NCBI GenBank assembly: GCA_002633005.1
Contig: NMRA01000154.1
Location: 182,216 to 246,215 of the forward strand
DNA: 64,000 nt
Direction of reading: 5' to 3'
Origin: Phoronis australis
Taxonomy: Eukaryota; Animalia; Phoronida
Shown in pieces: positions 35,963 to 49,400 of the stretch. The first letter of the stretch is position 1. Each line of letters starts with the position of its first letter. A program made the translations under genes and the position numbers. The notes beneath the pieces were generated by a model, which was given only the letters and a program-made list of their open reading frames with translations, did no database searches and was not told where the DNA came from.

Positions 35963-38900
35963 ACATGACTTTAAGTAGATTGTTACTGCGGGTTAGTTTC
36001 AGTCTCCAAGGCAGTGTGGCCCGTCACGGGAATTTCAGGCGATTTGTTGCAACCGATTTAATTCAAACAAGGGATAAGAACCCCGATGACACTGCTTTGG
36101 AAAAGCAATCGCACCTATGAGGAAAGTACATCGTGTTTTAAACACCAGAACATGGGTTTACTACGACCTGAAGCTTGCCTTAGAAAAGATATCATCAATT
36201 AAAGATGCATAGCCTTATTAAATTTTAAATACGCAAATGAAGCACTAATTTACAAAACAACCCCGGAGATCATCCGAGAACCAGTTACCATTACAATCTC
36301 GCGAAAATCTCGTTTTGTTGAACTATTTTTATGTAAAGGAATATGGTAATATTTTATCGTTACCCTAATGAAACGAGGCAGAGCTATATTATTGTTTATT
36401 TATTTCATTATAAAATAACGATTACATAATATTTGAAACTACTAGGTTTTTTTATATGTTTGCACTTGTTTTTAAGTGTGTCAGTTGTGGAGTTTTCTTT
36501 AACACCGCAATTTATTTACAAATTGTTTTCTTTTTCGTGATTGTATTTGTGCACACAGTTCTCCAGGAAGTCACTAGGTGGCGCTTGCTAAAACTTAAAT
36601 ATTCATTGTTTTAATGAGACATAGCAAGCTACTTTTCTGATCTTTTCAAATTTGCTTGCCCACTTGTCAATATTGCCAATACCTGTTATTCTGTATACAA
36701 CTGTGTAATCCTTGGCTTTTCGTGTTCATGAAGTCCCAAAGCGGAAGTGGCTCGATCGTATCACATAGGTCAAAGGTGCTACTGGTATGTCTAACGATAC
36801 ACGAAACGTGTTTTAAAGGGCGACGAATGAGGCCTCTGGGAAAATAACAGATCGCATGTACTCGTGCTCTGTTCGAGTCGCTCTTCCTAGGATTTGTGTA
36901 GCCCTGAAATTCATTATACGATCGAACTGTGTACTTGTGCTGAAATGAGTACTTAGTGTGTATGTCGTAGCTAGACGTGTGGACTATTTTTTTGGTAAAT
37001 GTTAAATTTCACCGATAAAAACTAACCTTAAAGTTCCAATTATTTGAAAAACCCAAGGTCCTAAAATGTCACTTGCAATGACAAAAATATAAATACGCAC
37101 AGGCTTCAATCGTTACATTTTGACAAGTAGTTGTAGAACTTTCGGGTTTCATTCAAGGTGCCACCTGGTGTGGTGTCATGAAATGAACTCAATCGGTCAA
37201 TCCACATAAAGTTTTAACAGAGCGATACGTGTTTGTGAGATCACAGAAGGGCAGACAATCAATGACAACAAATTGAACACTGTGAGCGGAAATGCTACTG
37301 AACACAAAGTGCATTTATGTAAATAAACAAGCATGTTTATGATGAAAAATAAACAATGCTGAACGAGCAAATATCATCAAACGTAATAGCAAACTTTTGA
37401 GAGTTTGTACAGTATTGTGACTTCAAACATGGACAGGAGAAACGGAACCTCCGCGCGTCGCAATGGAGTGAAATTCGTCTTCAATGCATTGCTTGAGACA
37501 CATGCTTTACGTCTGGGCCACGGTCACGTGACTGTGGTAGAATGAAGTTTCTGATATTTATTCATATTATTTAAGTTTTTGTATTTTTAGAGAAATCATA
37601 AATGGATGTTCTTGTGTGTCGTAGGATTTGAGCCCCCATGGTACGCAGGCCTTAGTTTCAACTCTGGTCACGTGATTACATCATGAAGGGTGTTAGTGTC
37701 GTGTATTTGGTTACCCAATCATTTTGTTCTCGCTTGTACATAGTTACCGTTGCTATTGTTTTGATGGACCGCCAAATCATTCGTTAGATTTGTGGGCCAT
37801 TGTCTTTGATTTGTTTTGTAAACTGGGATGTAGCGTTTTCTAGTTTTTATCAGTGTCTGTGCAAGACGTGTTGTGAGCGGTTTACCATGACTGCTAGATC
37901 AGTTTTCACCAGGATGAGAGCTAGTCGTTGTGTCGCAATCAATCCAATTGATTGGGTGTAACTATTCAGTGTTGACAGCAGTAAACCTCCAAACGGTCTA
38001 CACTTGTACGATTTATATGACCAAGCTCCGTAGTACATGATGTACGCATAATTTCTACCAGTGTGATACGCACGACGAAATGATTACGAACAGAAATACA
38101 TGTAAAGGGTAATGATTCTCCAAAATGCTTTCAGTCGATTTGCTTTGCTTGTCGGTCAATTTGCCACGTGTGCAATGAAAAAAATACACAATTTTCGATT
38201 AAAACCTAAGTGCTTTTCACAACTACATTGTTGACTAGAAATTTTTAAGTTTCAGTTTTCATCAAAGTCTGGCACGCGTACTTTAGCCAAAGGTCAACAA
38301 TCTGACCACGAAGAGGGAAAGAAGATTTGAGCAGACTTCGGATTTCTGTCTTGACTTCGAGTTGTAGACAGATTTTCTGATTTTCAGTCTTATACTGATT
38401 TTCGTGAAACGAGCTAAGCCATCCGTAGACTGATTCTTAGCAAAAAGTCAAAAATCAAAAACCAATAGACTCTTCAAGAAACAAGCCCCTCAACTCTATC
38501 TTGCAACTGTACATTATATTTACTTGTTTGCAGTGGGCACAAGGCGGCCATGACACCATCTACTCAGTTTAAAGAAGTTTTTATCGCACGTGTAACCTTG
38601 GGAAGCTTGAATATTCTTCAGAGTGCTCAAGTGAGCGCCCGAGTCAGCGGATAAAGCTGAGGACTTTGAGCGCCATTATGAAAGTAAGGTCTTCACACCA
38701 GTCTCCATTGGCGTCTTAATTTGTTTCCATACCGTTTGGGAAGAAGTTTCGCTTGCTCAGTTAAATTGAACGACGATCACGCGCCGATATTTCAACGACA
38801 ATAATTATAAATGCTTGTATAAAGCGTGCAATTATCTAAGTAACAAAAATATACATTGGGAAATAATTGTTTCCCAAATTTGGACCCACCTATTGAAAAG

Positions 38901-41514
38901 TTCTGGCTACGCCAGTTCGTGTTTGTTTGCTGGTTTGTTGACTAAACTTAACGGACAATATGCTCTTTGAACAAAAATTATATTCCATCGAATCTCAAAA
39001 AAGAGAAAAACACTAATTCGTTCAGAGTGTACTACTTTGCTTGCTTGAGAAATGTCTATTTGTTTCATAATTCTCATTTTGACATGTATCTAAACAAAAT
39101 TACTTAAGGCATACAGCACGCGAAGTTTATCGTTGACAAAATTTGTTCTTTTTCAGGACAGAATCCTGCTTGTATATGAAAAAATGTGAATCTTGCTTTA
39201 TTCAGTGTCGTGTTGACGCGAATATTTTTCATAAAATATATATGCGTTTCCAGTTCGTAAGCTTTCTAAAAGCTGAACACTCAAAAGATGGAAATAGTTA
39301 GCTTATGTATATGTAATAGTTTCCAAACTTTACTACTGCTGCAGGTTTGTGTAATAACCTGTCAGCGTGATCGTGGTTTGTTCCCGCCGTTTTCACACTA
39401 ACGATAACAAAATGAAGAAAAATAGAAATAACGAAGAATCCTTTATTGTATAGCAGTGAGCAAAACGGGCGTCTTGGACGCCAAATAGCGTTAGATACTC
39501 AAAATAAGCGTATGGTATAATAATCATAATGATAATAATAATAATAATAATGATTATGTAAGAATCCGCACACACTTCGCCGCCTTTGTGACGATTTACA
39601 ACCGTCTTACATTTTGTGAAGACTGACTCCAGTGTAATAAAATCCCGGCTTATCATAAACAAGACTACATGCAATCCTCCTGCTATCAGATAACATTTAC
39701 AAAAACTGCAATGGTCTTCGTATTAGTTCCCCATTTTCTCTTCAAAGCCATGTTATCGATTTTTGCAAGCCGTTAAATCACATTTCTTTTCTTAGCTAAT
39801 AAAAAGAATTTCGCGAAGCAGAGAAATCGAATAGAAATATTTATAACGGGGCGTGAACAACTGGCAAATCGTAATCTTTTTTACATCTTGCCAAGCTCGC
39901 ATTTCCACCAACCAGAGAAAGGCAAAGCACTGCCGCGCGCTCCAAGTTATGAATATTACAAGCGAACAAATGAGCACGAGGAAAGGTCGTGAACCGACCC
40001 GTCCAACCGGAAAGACAATAGATAGTAAAGCATGGACCAGTAATTTCTGTTCACCTGATTGAACCGTAGACGATACATTCCCTCGCTTGATTAAACAGCA
40101 TCATGTGTTTGTTATCCAAGCTAAAACAAACAGGTGACATCGAACACTTTTTCTTAAAACTAAAGAGGATCATTTGTTCCTTGACAAAGGAACAGATCTT
40201 GTCCTCTGAGACTTACAAGACAAAAGACTGGAGAGCTTTAAACACGTAAATCCGCACGATTATTTCTCAAAATCCTGTGCCGAGCATTGTCGTCACCAAA
40301 AAATCGAACAATGAAATATTAACGAATGTGATAATTCGGGGAGGAGCCGGTAAGTGTGAGTTTTACAAGGAGTTCTAGTTTGATAAGCCGGAATTTACAC
40401 ACGAAAACTAGCAACTGTTCACAACAACGTTTGTTTAGAGGCTGCCAAGCGTAAGTATGAATTAAAAATACTAAAAATATACATACAACTCTACTCGTTA
40501 TGGCACAATGAATTCAACGCATCCTGTTACAAATACAAGAGAAAAAGGACACGTGTACACGGAAATTTCAAAACCTCTTGATTAGGACAAAGCAAGTAAA
40601 ACCAGAAGGCCGAATGAAAGTCGATAAGAATTGGCATTTGAACAAAACAAATCCACCTTTTCCTAATTTTGGAATGCTAGACACTAGAACATGTGTAATG
40701 AATTCCAGCATTGTCCGTCATTTGGATTTTACTGGATTGGCGTCGAATTGTGTTTCATCACGCAACTAATCATACAAATAAAAAAAAACAAGTGAACGAA
40801 GACGAAAACAAGTGTCACCTGCTTCGTCGTCGCAAATGTATAAAAAGTAGAAAATGGCACAATTGAATTTAAAAGTTTTTTTTTTTGTAAATAGAGACAT
40901 AAAAGCAATGACGTTGTAACAAAAATTAAGATTTTCACAAGTTCCTTTCTTGTTTGGTGTTAGAAGATAAATTATATCGGATCGAAAACTCGCGACATTT
41001 TAGGAGAAGCAGACGCGGTAGGGGGTGGCGATTTCCCGTAATGCGGCACGCGCAACATCTGACTGAGAGCCGTGCACCAGAACGTATCACCAGGGTGCAC
41101 CAGCACGTGTCTCCAAGCCACAAATTAAGCGTTTCATGTCCCTGACTAAATACAACTAAATAAACAGTATAAGTACCAGCAATAGACGTGTCCGTGTCAT
41201 GTCCCATAAAACAAACGAAAGAAACAATATGTGCATATGCTGGGATTCCAAAACTCATTAAGAAACGGTGGTCATTCATTTCAGCGTGACTAGATATCTA
41301 AGGAAAACACAACAGACTGCATAAAAACAATTAAAACACACAGAGACCGACCACCAATATTCACGTAGTAAAAGGCACATTATACGCGAAGAACTGCTTA
41401 TCGAACGAGACACGACCGTTAGGAAATATTCTGTACTGTTTAAAATGAAATTAGTGTGGTTACAATACTTTTATACACATTGTTCTATAGACAATTACAA
41501 GTACTACTCCGATC

Positions 41515-42074
41515 TGTCTCATGAAATGTGACGTCAGGCAGAAGTTTGGTCTTACGTTCCCACTTGCTGAGTAAAGGTTTGGCCACGTAAATGTGAACGC
41601 ATCACAGTTTATCTATAATGTATAGAAATTATCCCAATAAGTAGCATTTATGTGAATATTCTTAGTGACTTTGTATTTTTGCTCAAGCGAGATTTAATTA
41701 TTATTCACAAATAATTAATCATTTTTGGCCATAGTAAGATTAAAAAACGTACAATCGCCGCACAAATAAAAGTTCATGTTCATTCAACGTTTCGTCTATT
41801 CATAAGACATCACCAGGATAATATATACAATAAGACAGCAAGTGTCCAATACCAGTACTTCTCTCATTTCACTACATGGATGTGACTTAACTGGTATTCG
41901 ACACTTGCTGTTTTATAGTATTTATTATCCTGATGATGTCTTATGAATAGACGAATAGTTGAATGAATATGAACTTTTTTATTTGTGCGGCAACTGTCCG
42001 TTTTTTAATATTCAAAAATAGTACTATGGACCGTAAGACCAAGTCTTGATGTCACTTTTCATGAAACGTACCCC
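41515..42074. mobile_element. non-autonomous DNA element containing a nested fold-back
   Basis: inverted ends tcatgaaatgtgacgtcaggcagaagtttggtcttacg / cgtaagaccaagtcttgatgtcacttttcatga; homologous to 25678-25890. Confidence 0.65.
41739..42009. mobile_element. fold-back (arms about 118 bp), probably inverted Penelope-like pLTR pair with degenerate hammerheads
   Basis: 41739-41856 is the reverse complement of 41890-42009; CTGATGA-t-GTCT...AGAC-GAA core on each strand. Confidence 0.7.
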
Positions 42075-43061
42075 TGGCATCGATAAGTAAAGGTAAACTT
42101 GCTGTGTAAGTTTGTTTGAAATGAAGCAGTTATACCCTCCGTTCCCTGATGGCTGAAGTTCGTATTAAACACCTAATACATCTTAATGCATAAAAAACTA
42201 TTAGATCAAAACATTCAGAAAGAGGTTGTGTTTTTAGTTTCCTACAAAACTAACCGTTGGAAGATTTGTTTTGGCTGGTGCCACAGTCCTATTGAATCAA
42301 ACTTTTGCGGGTCACGTACAACATGCTGACGACACTAACAGACAGCGAACAACACTGAATGAGCTCACCTGTGGATCTTGCTCTTGTACAACGATTCAAG
42401 TAAGAAATATAAACTGAATCACATAACGAAGGGTAGTTACAAACGATTAAATACATACATTACAACCGGGTTTGATGACAACTAGTTGTTTACAGAAAGC
42501 CCTGCATTCGTTATACTCTGCCGCGTTCGCGTTTCCAAATTTTGAAAATTCTAGGCCGCCACGAAGATCAGTTCCTGAAGCCATGTTACGAAAACACGCA
42601 AATACTGAACAGTACTCTTCGCCCGCCAGGATCAAAATTTGTGTGGCCAATAGCCAGAGTTCAATCGAGCTTCTTTCGTCTTGTGCCTAAACTACCGTAA
42701 TCACTAGCACCACGTACGATGAGTGCTGGCACACAAATTCAATAAACAGCGTGTTTCAGAAACACTTCTCACCGACACCACCTTGCAAGCCTCGTGTAAG
42801 ATTTGGAATCTTACGCCATACTTCCTTCTGTTCTCAACAGAGGCAGTAAAAAGCTTTTGTTATCTTCCATGTCCAATAATTAAAACCTCCAATCAAAATA
42901 ATTTTATATACAGAACTTTTAAGTGTCAGCCTGTATTTTTTTGTTTATGGCACAACGCGTGAATTAAATTCAAACTTCCCAGTGATAGTAATACCATTCA
43001 AAATGGTTTGTCATAACTAACCAAAATGGCCCCCAACTGATCTACGTCACTAGATCCGCCA

Positions 43062-43339
43062 TCATTGAGTCAGACTCATATAGGGCCAGTTAAAGGAACC
43101 ACCGCTGAGCAACATGTCGCGAATTAAAGTTTCAATTGGCGTTTTGCCCACTAATCGCACAAAGAACAGTTGCTCGATTACTTGAGAGCTGACGGTGCGC
43201 AGAGATGGCAAGCGCAACAGTAGCTTTCCGAAGCGGGTCGGCTGGTTTGGGTATTGACTGCGGACGTATTCCTCAAGGGCGCACTGTGACTTCTCTTGAA
43301 AACTTTCCACGTGACCGCCGTCAGAAAGACCACAGGCAT
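43062..43339 (-). CDS. NR2F: COUP-TF / NR2F last coding exon (C-terminal ligand-binding domain)
   Basis: ttggcag| phase 1; [92 protein letters not shown]; near-identical to COUP-TF/svp. Confidence 0.98.
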
Positions 43340-43425
43340 CTGCCAAAACAATAAATTTGTATGTGAAAAGCAAATAAACAAAACATATTTACCAGGACTG
43401 GAGAATTGAGAATGTCGCAAGAATA

Positions 43426-43450
43426 GGGGGCGGGGGGCGGGGGGCGGGGG
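43426..43450 (+). other. G-quadruplex-forming / GC-box tract G5CG6CG6CG5
   Basis: four G-runs with single C loops in COUP-TF intron near the last acceptor. Confidence 0.7.
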
Positions 43451-46400
43451 CTAAAGGTAAAGTACCAAGAAGTTCAACAGCAGATAACCTTAATGTATTG
43501 AGTCTACGAACTGTCCAATTTGAATACCCTGGGTATCAAAAATGTACTGTGCGATGGTGGGTACAAAGATCGAGCTGTGCAATGTTGTCTCGTGAGAAAG
43601 ACAGAATTATTTCATCCATTTTTGCCTCAATTTTTAAAATCAACTTTTAACCAACGTCTTTCGTTTTCTTTAAAAAATACGCAATTCCACCTACAGTAAG
43701 AATTGAAAAATGATAGAAAAACGTAACAAAGCAGAAGAAACATACACAAGGCATGGACATTTTTTACGACAGGAACAGAAATAAAATTTAAAATATACAT
43801 ACATGTACAGTGCTTAATAGAAATTCCTCTCTCCGCTTCATTTTATTTCAGTACATCATGCAATTAATATTAATTCAAAAGCAAAGCCACGATTTTTTTG
43901 TGATGCGTCAAAAAGAGGTTGCGCTTGCCAGTTAACTAAAGCTGAGAGAAGAAAAGTAGGAAAGATGCTTCCTATTTTTACGTGCATGCATAGTAAGACG
44001 AATTTGCGCTAATGTTAACTGCGGGTACCGGACGCCATCACACTCCACATTTCTGTTTCTTATTTACTGTTCTCGCTTCGAATATCTTCGAAACGATGGC
44101 CATCAGACTAAATGACTCATGGTGCATTTTATATTTCTTTAAATTAATTGACAAAAGACTGTCCAGATTCATGGCAGTGATACAGCGAAGGGCGTGTGCA
44201 GAAGGCAATAACATATTAACTTCGACCTTCAGTATCACCGGATGAAAGAAAACGAGAATAAATAAGCTAACAAGGCGGTTTGATCTACGAATATAATGTC
44301 AATTTGTTTTGCCCTTAATGAGGGAATATCACAAATTATCTTATAACTCCAATTAAGTGCCAATTGATCGTTTTTATTTGAAAAAAAGAAAAAGATGAAC
44401 ATGAAGAACCATGGCAACCTTTAGAGAGAATGATTTTGTTTCAAATTCAAATATTTTACAGGCATAGTGTGGGGATGTAATAACAAGAGAGATGTCCGTT
44501 TTATGATAACTTTTATAGATTCGGGAAAAGGTATGATGCAAGGTGCCTGTGCTAAATGGAAAAATATAAGAAAAATCAATTCACGATTTTTTGATTCACA
44601 ACCCTGAAAAAGCTCCAACCAAAAATGACACAAAACCAAAAATGACACAAAACCATACCGAACAGTACGGAAACTGGGTTCAATTTCAATATCCTACTTT
44701 CACAGATGATTTAAGCTTCTTTGCTAATACGAACTGACAAAATAGTTTTCAAGAAAAATCTTTGTTAACCTTTTATTTTATCAATATTGGAATCAGTCGA
44801 AGTTCGCGTATACTTTGAAACATTAATCAGAAACAAAGAACGAGACATATTTCAATTGACGAAGAACGTTTTGACCAGAAATGCCAATCTTCTTAATACT
44901 ACTACGACCATGATTAGGGATATCAGAAAATACATTTTTACAAGAAAACAGATGACCTTTAAATCTTTTTTGATAAACGGTGTTAAAATGTCACCGAAAA
45001 TGTTGCCGTCAGCAATATGGTATTTTTCAACTTAGAAGAGTTTCTCTCTCTATCGTTGCAAAGGTCAAAACATACATGCATGTATGCGTTACACGGCATT
45101 GGACACAGTCAGCCATTTCAGTTTTAAAACACTTGCGCGATTGTAGCCTCTTTATAAGTACTACACAAATGTTATTGGGCCTTGATAGTCAAAGATACGA
45201 TATTTTAGATATTCTAGTGAGATTGGAATATGTTTATAAAACTCGCGGAGATACTTTGCTTTCTCTAGTTATTTTCCAAAACCTGATTCGAGTTTGATGA
45301 ATTAATACCTCGTAGTTTAACACATACAACAACAACAAAAAAGAAAAATAGTGATCAATGAAAGCATCTGGATTCGAAAACTGCAAAATTCAAGGAAACG
45401 AAACTCGCGGCTGTACAATTTATAACTGAAATTCATGAATGGAAAGAAATTAAATGCAGTTTCATTAGGTACATGTTTAGTAGAACTTTATTAAAACTCG
45501 TTAAGAGTAACCGCAAGCAGATGACTTGAGGAAAATAATTAAGGAAACCACGAAAACAATACGAATCCTTCTGGAAGATATATTTAAAAACCCACTCAAC
45601 ATACGGTCAGCCGCATGTATTTAACGCTAATTAACTCTTTTGCGGTTTGGGACGGAGAAGGTCTTTTCAGCTTTGCGCCTAAACCAATCAGAAATTGGAC
45701 GGAAAATTGGCAAAAGTCGTCTAAATTTATCACAATAATCCTGGAAATATCAGTAAACGAAACTTTTAACGACTAATTTTTAACACAGCCATTTGTCTTT
45801 TCTGAATTTTTGTTTTAATTGCGTTTTACAATATAAAATCCTGAAAATAGATACCTGCCAATAGTTGGTCCTTCTCGCACAACAAAACTTTACTCTTCAA
45901 ACCAAACAAATCTTGTATCAACCACAAACTGCTGCAAATTTATCGTATCATCCTTTCATCGATTGTTTTAAGAAGACAAGCGTTGTTTGTACGTACGTAG
46001 TAAATTGCACGCGGGAGATCATTTTTTTCTTTAATTCTGTCATATTTTATTCATAAATTTGTAACAAGACGACGTAAAAACACGTTTGAACTTCTTTTGT
46101 CTGTGTGTACGATTATAATAAAACGCTAAAATGTTACCACAGCAACGAAATCTTCGGTCGAAGGTCACGAAAAGTGCGATTCACCAACCGTGAATAACGC
46201 TCAGGCTGATTCTGATATAATTTCTTTGTTCTCTTTATATTGATAAATGGAAGACGATTTGTCAATGAAATTCTACATGTAGGATCTGATTAACTGATAT
46301 TAATATGGAAATTTGACATGAGACTTTATTTAATAATTGCGTGCGTGCGCGAAAAACATTTCTTGAATAGCTGGATTTAAATACAGAATTGAGCCTTTGA

Positions 46401-49400
46401 GGGTTTGTTTTCTTTATAGAATCAGATAATTTTTAGAGAAAAAATTCGTGTTAATAAAGTAAAAGAAATTTAATGGGTAGCGTGAATGCCAATTGAACGG
46501 AGACGTCAAGTTGAATTACGGATCAGATCTTTTCTATTAATTTTGTTTCGCGAAATTCTACATAGCTTGGGCATTGATTGAAGAGTTTTACGAATAATCT
46601 CTCCAGGTGGCGGTGAAATCGGGCAAAATTGAAGGACTTCATAATTCTGGGGTATTAAATCAAATCTGTTTTAGTAATCTACGATGGACTCACTTTGGTT
46701 TACGTTAATATAAATCTGCATAGCTTTTCATAACTATATGACCGTTTTCTATTATAATACTTCATCAATTCACAAATGTTATGAAGTAAATTTGAATGTC
46801 AGTACTGAACACCTCTATGCTGACTATGCATGAGCGTAACTTGTCTCATTGTCTAACGAAGACCTTGTCCACTTACAATTACGTATGAACACCAGTTAAA
46901 AGTCCTTCTTGTCCTAAATACATCATAGCCATGCACATAACACGAGACAACTCATTCCGAACAGGTGCAAACACAAACGAATGCGCCAAAGCCAGCCCAG
47001 CTGGGCTCATTGTGATGAAAACACAACCTACGAGATTAGGTGAACCGTATGAAAACTTTATGAAGTATTTTAAAGTGTTGTTTATTCGCCTAAACACCAC
47101 CAGTGTTACAAAGTGAAAAACCATTCGTCAAGGCTCATACACAAATATCGTTTCTGGGGTTAATTTTTAACTAAAAATACAGGGCGTCAATGTGAACGTC
47201 ACGTGATAAGAGCCCTGGAGGCAACTGAAGCGGGTTCCGCGCACTACTTGTTCACATGACGATCCCCGGACACGTGTACTGCCGGCTCACTACTCCACAA
47301 TAGGCCAAAGGTCGCTGACACAAAAATAACGGACTGAACAAATCACAAAAAGTCAGCAAATGCACGAATATGAACAAAGAACGTATTAGTATAATATCGG
47401 CTTCACCGAACCTTGAAATCATAATGACTGCAGCCGCCACCGTGCAGCCGATTAATGGCGATTTAAAAGCCAGCTCGTCAACTGAGCAATGCTCGCCAGT
47501 GAAACCGTGCATGCTCTCTGCATTTATGAATAATGCTCATGGAAATGCTAATTACATATGCCTGTAAACGCCAGTAACTCATTCTTATTCAAGTTAATCA
47601 AAAATTGTGTTTTAATCAAAAAGAATGTGACAATAATTAAGTCAAATAAACTAATTATAAAGGGTGCTTTATATTTAGCATAACCATCTGGATTCGCTTG
47701 CGCTCTTATTGACGCGTCTCCGCATCATACAACTCAAAATCATCAAAATTGTAGGCGTTGGCTCAACAACACGCATTTCAACCATACACGTAAGCCTAAC
47801 ATGAGCAGGTTGGTTTACGAAAGAGAGTCCGGGAAATATTGACGAACAATGCGTCACTTCCTGTTTAATCGTACGAATGCAGATCAACAAGTCCATCGCC
47901 AGTCTTTTCCGCGAACTTTAGCGAATCGTCTCTGAAGTTCAGTGAAATGAACGTCTGCTGAGAATGTTAAACCTTGTCCAAAAATGACAGCATTCTCGAA
48001 TGAGGAACGTACTAGGAATAAACTAGTTTTTTCATTAAACTTCCAAATCAGCAACACAAGAACTCGACTGTTGGCGGCTATAAGTCCCCTCATTGTTTCA
48101 CACGTCACCTCAGTTCTCCTGAATTTTTTTAAGTCACCAGCGAGGCCTCGAGCAGAATAAGGCAGGGGAAAACGACATGAAATCTGAATGAAGCCAGCTG
48201 GCCCAGTGGACTTCTTTGAACAAAAAGCACGCAGACAACTCGATTTTTCAAGCGCCACTTAAGTCATACATTATGAATTACGGATGCTGAACTTTGCCTC
48301 AAATCAGAAAACGAAGTGTTACCGACGGAAGTGAGCATTCAACAGCCCACCGGGCGTTAGAACTAGAATTTGGTGAACTGTCCGTGACAACCCTGAGGAC
48401 GGCGAATCAAAACATACTTGGTATCAAAAACGTTGGTTTTCCAGACCCAGTCAAAAATGAATAACACACCTTTGTACAGCACTGCACCACGAACAAGCAG
48501 CCATTTGGTGACGGTGATGGCAGTAGAATTAGTGAAATAAAAGGTAAAGATGGTAATATTTAGGTTTTCGCTGAAGATGATGGCGGCAGGACGATGATGA
48601 GGATTACTGCACTGGTGACATTGGTCGTTGTAGCATTACTGATGACGAAGCCTGTGGCAGTATTCAGATCACTAACACGGACCAATGAACAACGCTCTCG
48701 TTGATAACGGAAGGATGGAGCACTGGGGGTCATAGATGTGTGGAGAGCTGCGAACGCACCTCTTGAATGATGTGTGAGAATGCTACTGACTTGAGTGGAG
48801 TTTTCGGTTGGCTAGAAGAAATAGCGCGAATCTTCATCAGTGAAATTCGATTAGGTCGTGTAATCCGCTAGCAATAGTTATGGTACAGACTTCAGAATAC
48901 AGCCTCAGGCCATATGTCATAGTATTGTCATTTATATCCGGTGACATTTGGCTCAGCACTGGGCAAATCAAGTTGTCATAGCTTTTTCATGAAATGGGGT
49001 GATTGGCCCTTTGTAAATCGAATCGCAGCTGCGAGACTATGCGATTGTATTTTGTTCTTGATCGTTTATTGTCCACCTGGGGGTGAATAGCCTCCAGCCA
49101 TCGACACTCACAGTTACCTCTTGGCTGGATGTCTTTGTTGCGAACGTTGTTGATCACGATGGTATAAACGTTCTTCAAGTGTTAATTTGTTGCCCCATTG
49201 GTCATAAAAAGTGAAAAGAGGAAACCCGTAGCAAGTGACAAAGGAAGACATTATTCCCTGAATATGTGCATGAATCTAACAAATGCCTCACCAAACAGGG
49301 TGCCAGCAAACAACGCCCTCTACATGAAGACTTATAGGTGTTTACCAACGCACCGTATTCAACTAGTGCGCGTAAAATTATAGGCGCGCAAATGGTCTCT

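Noticed and set aside
35679-35978. PLPLPL / VAVAVA ORFs
   Set aside because: (CCACTG)n microsatellite with an N gap.
48715-48845. Minus-strand CTGATGAAG...CGAAAACTC plus a QLS/HIYDP-like fragment suggesting a Penelope remnant
   Set aside because: Stems do not pair well, the peptide needs a frameshift and lies on the unexpected side; too degenerate to call.
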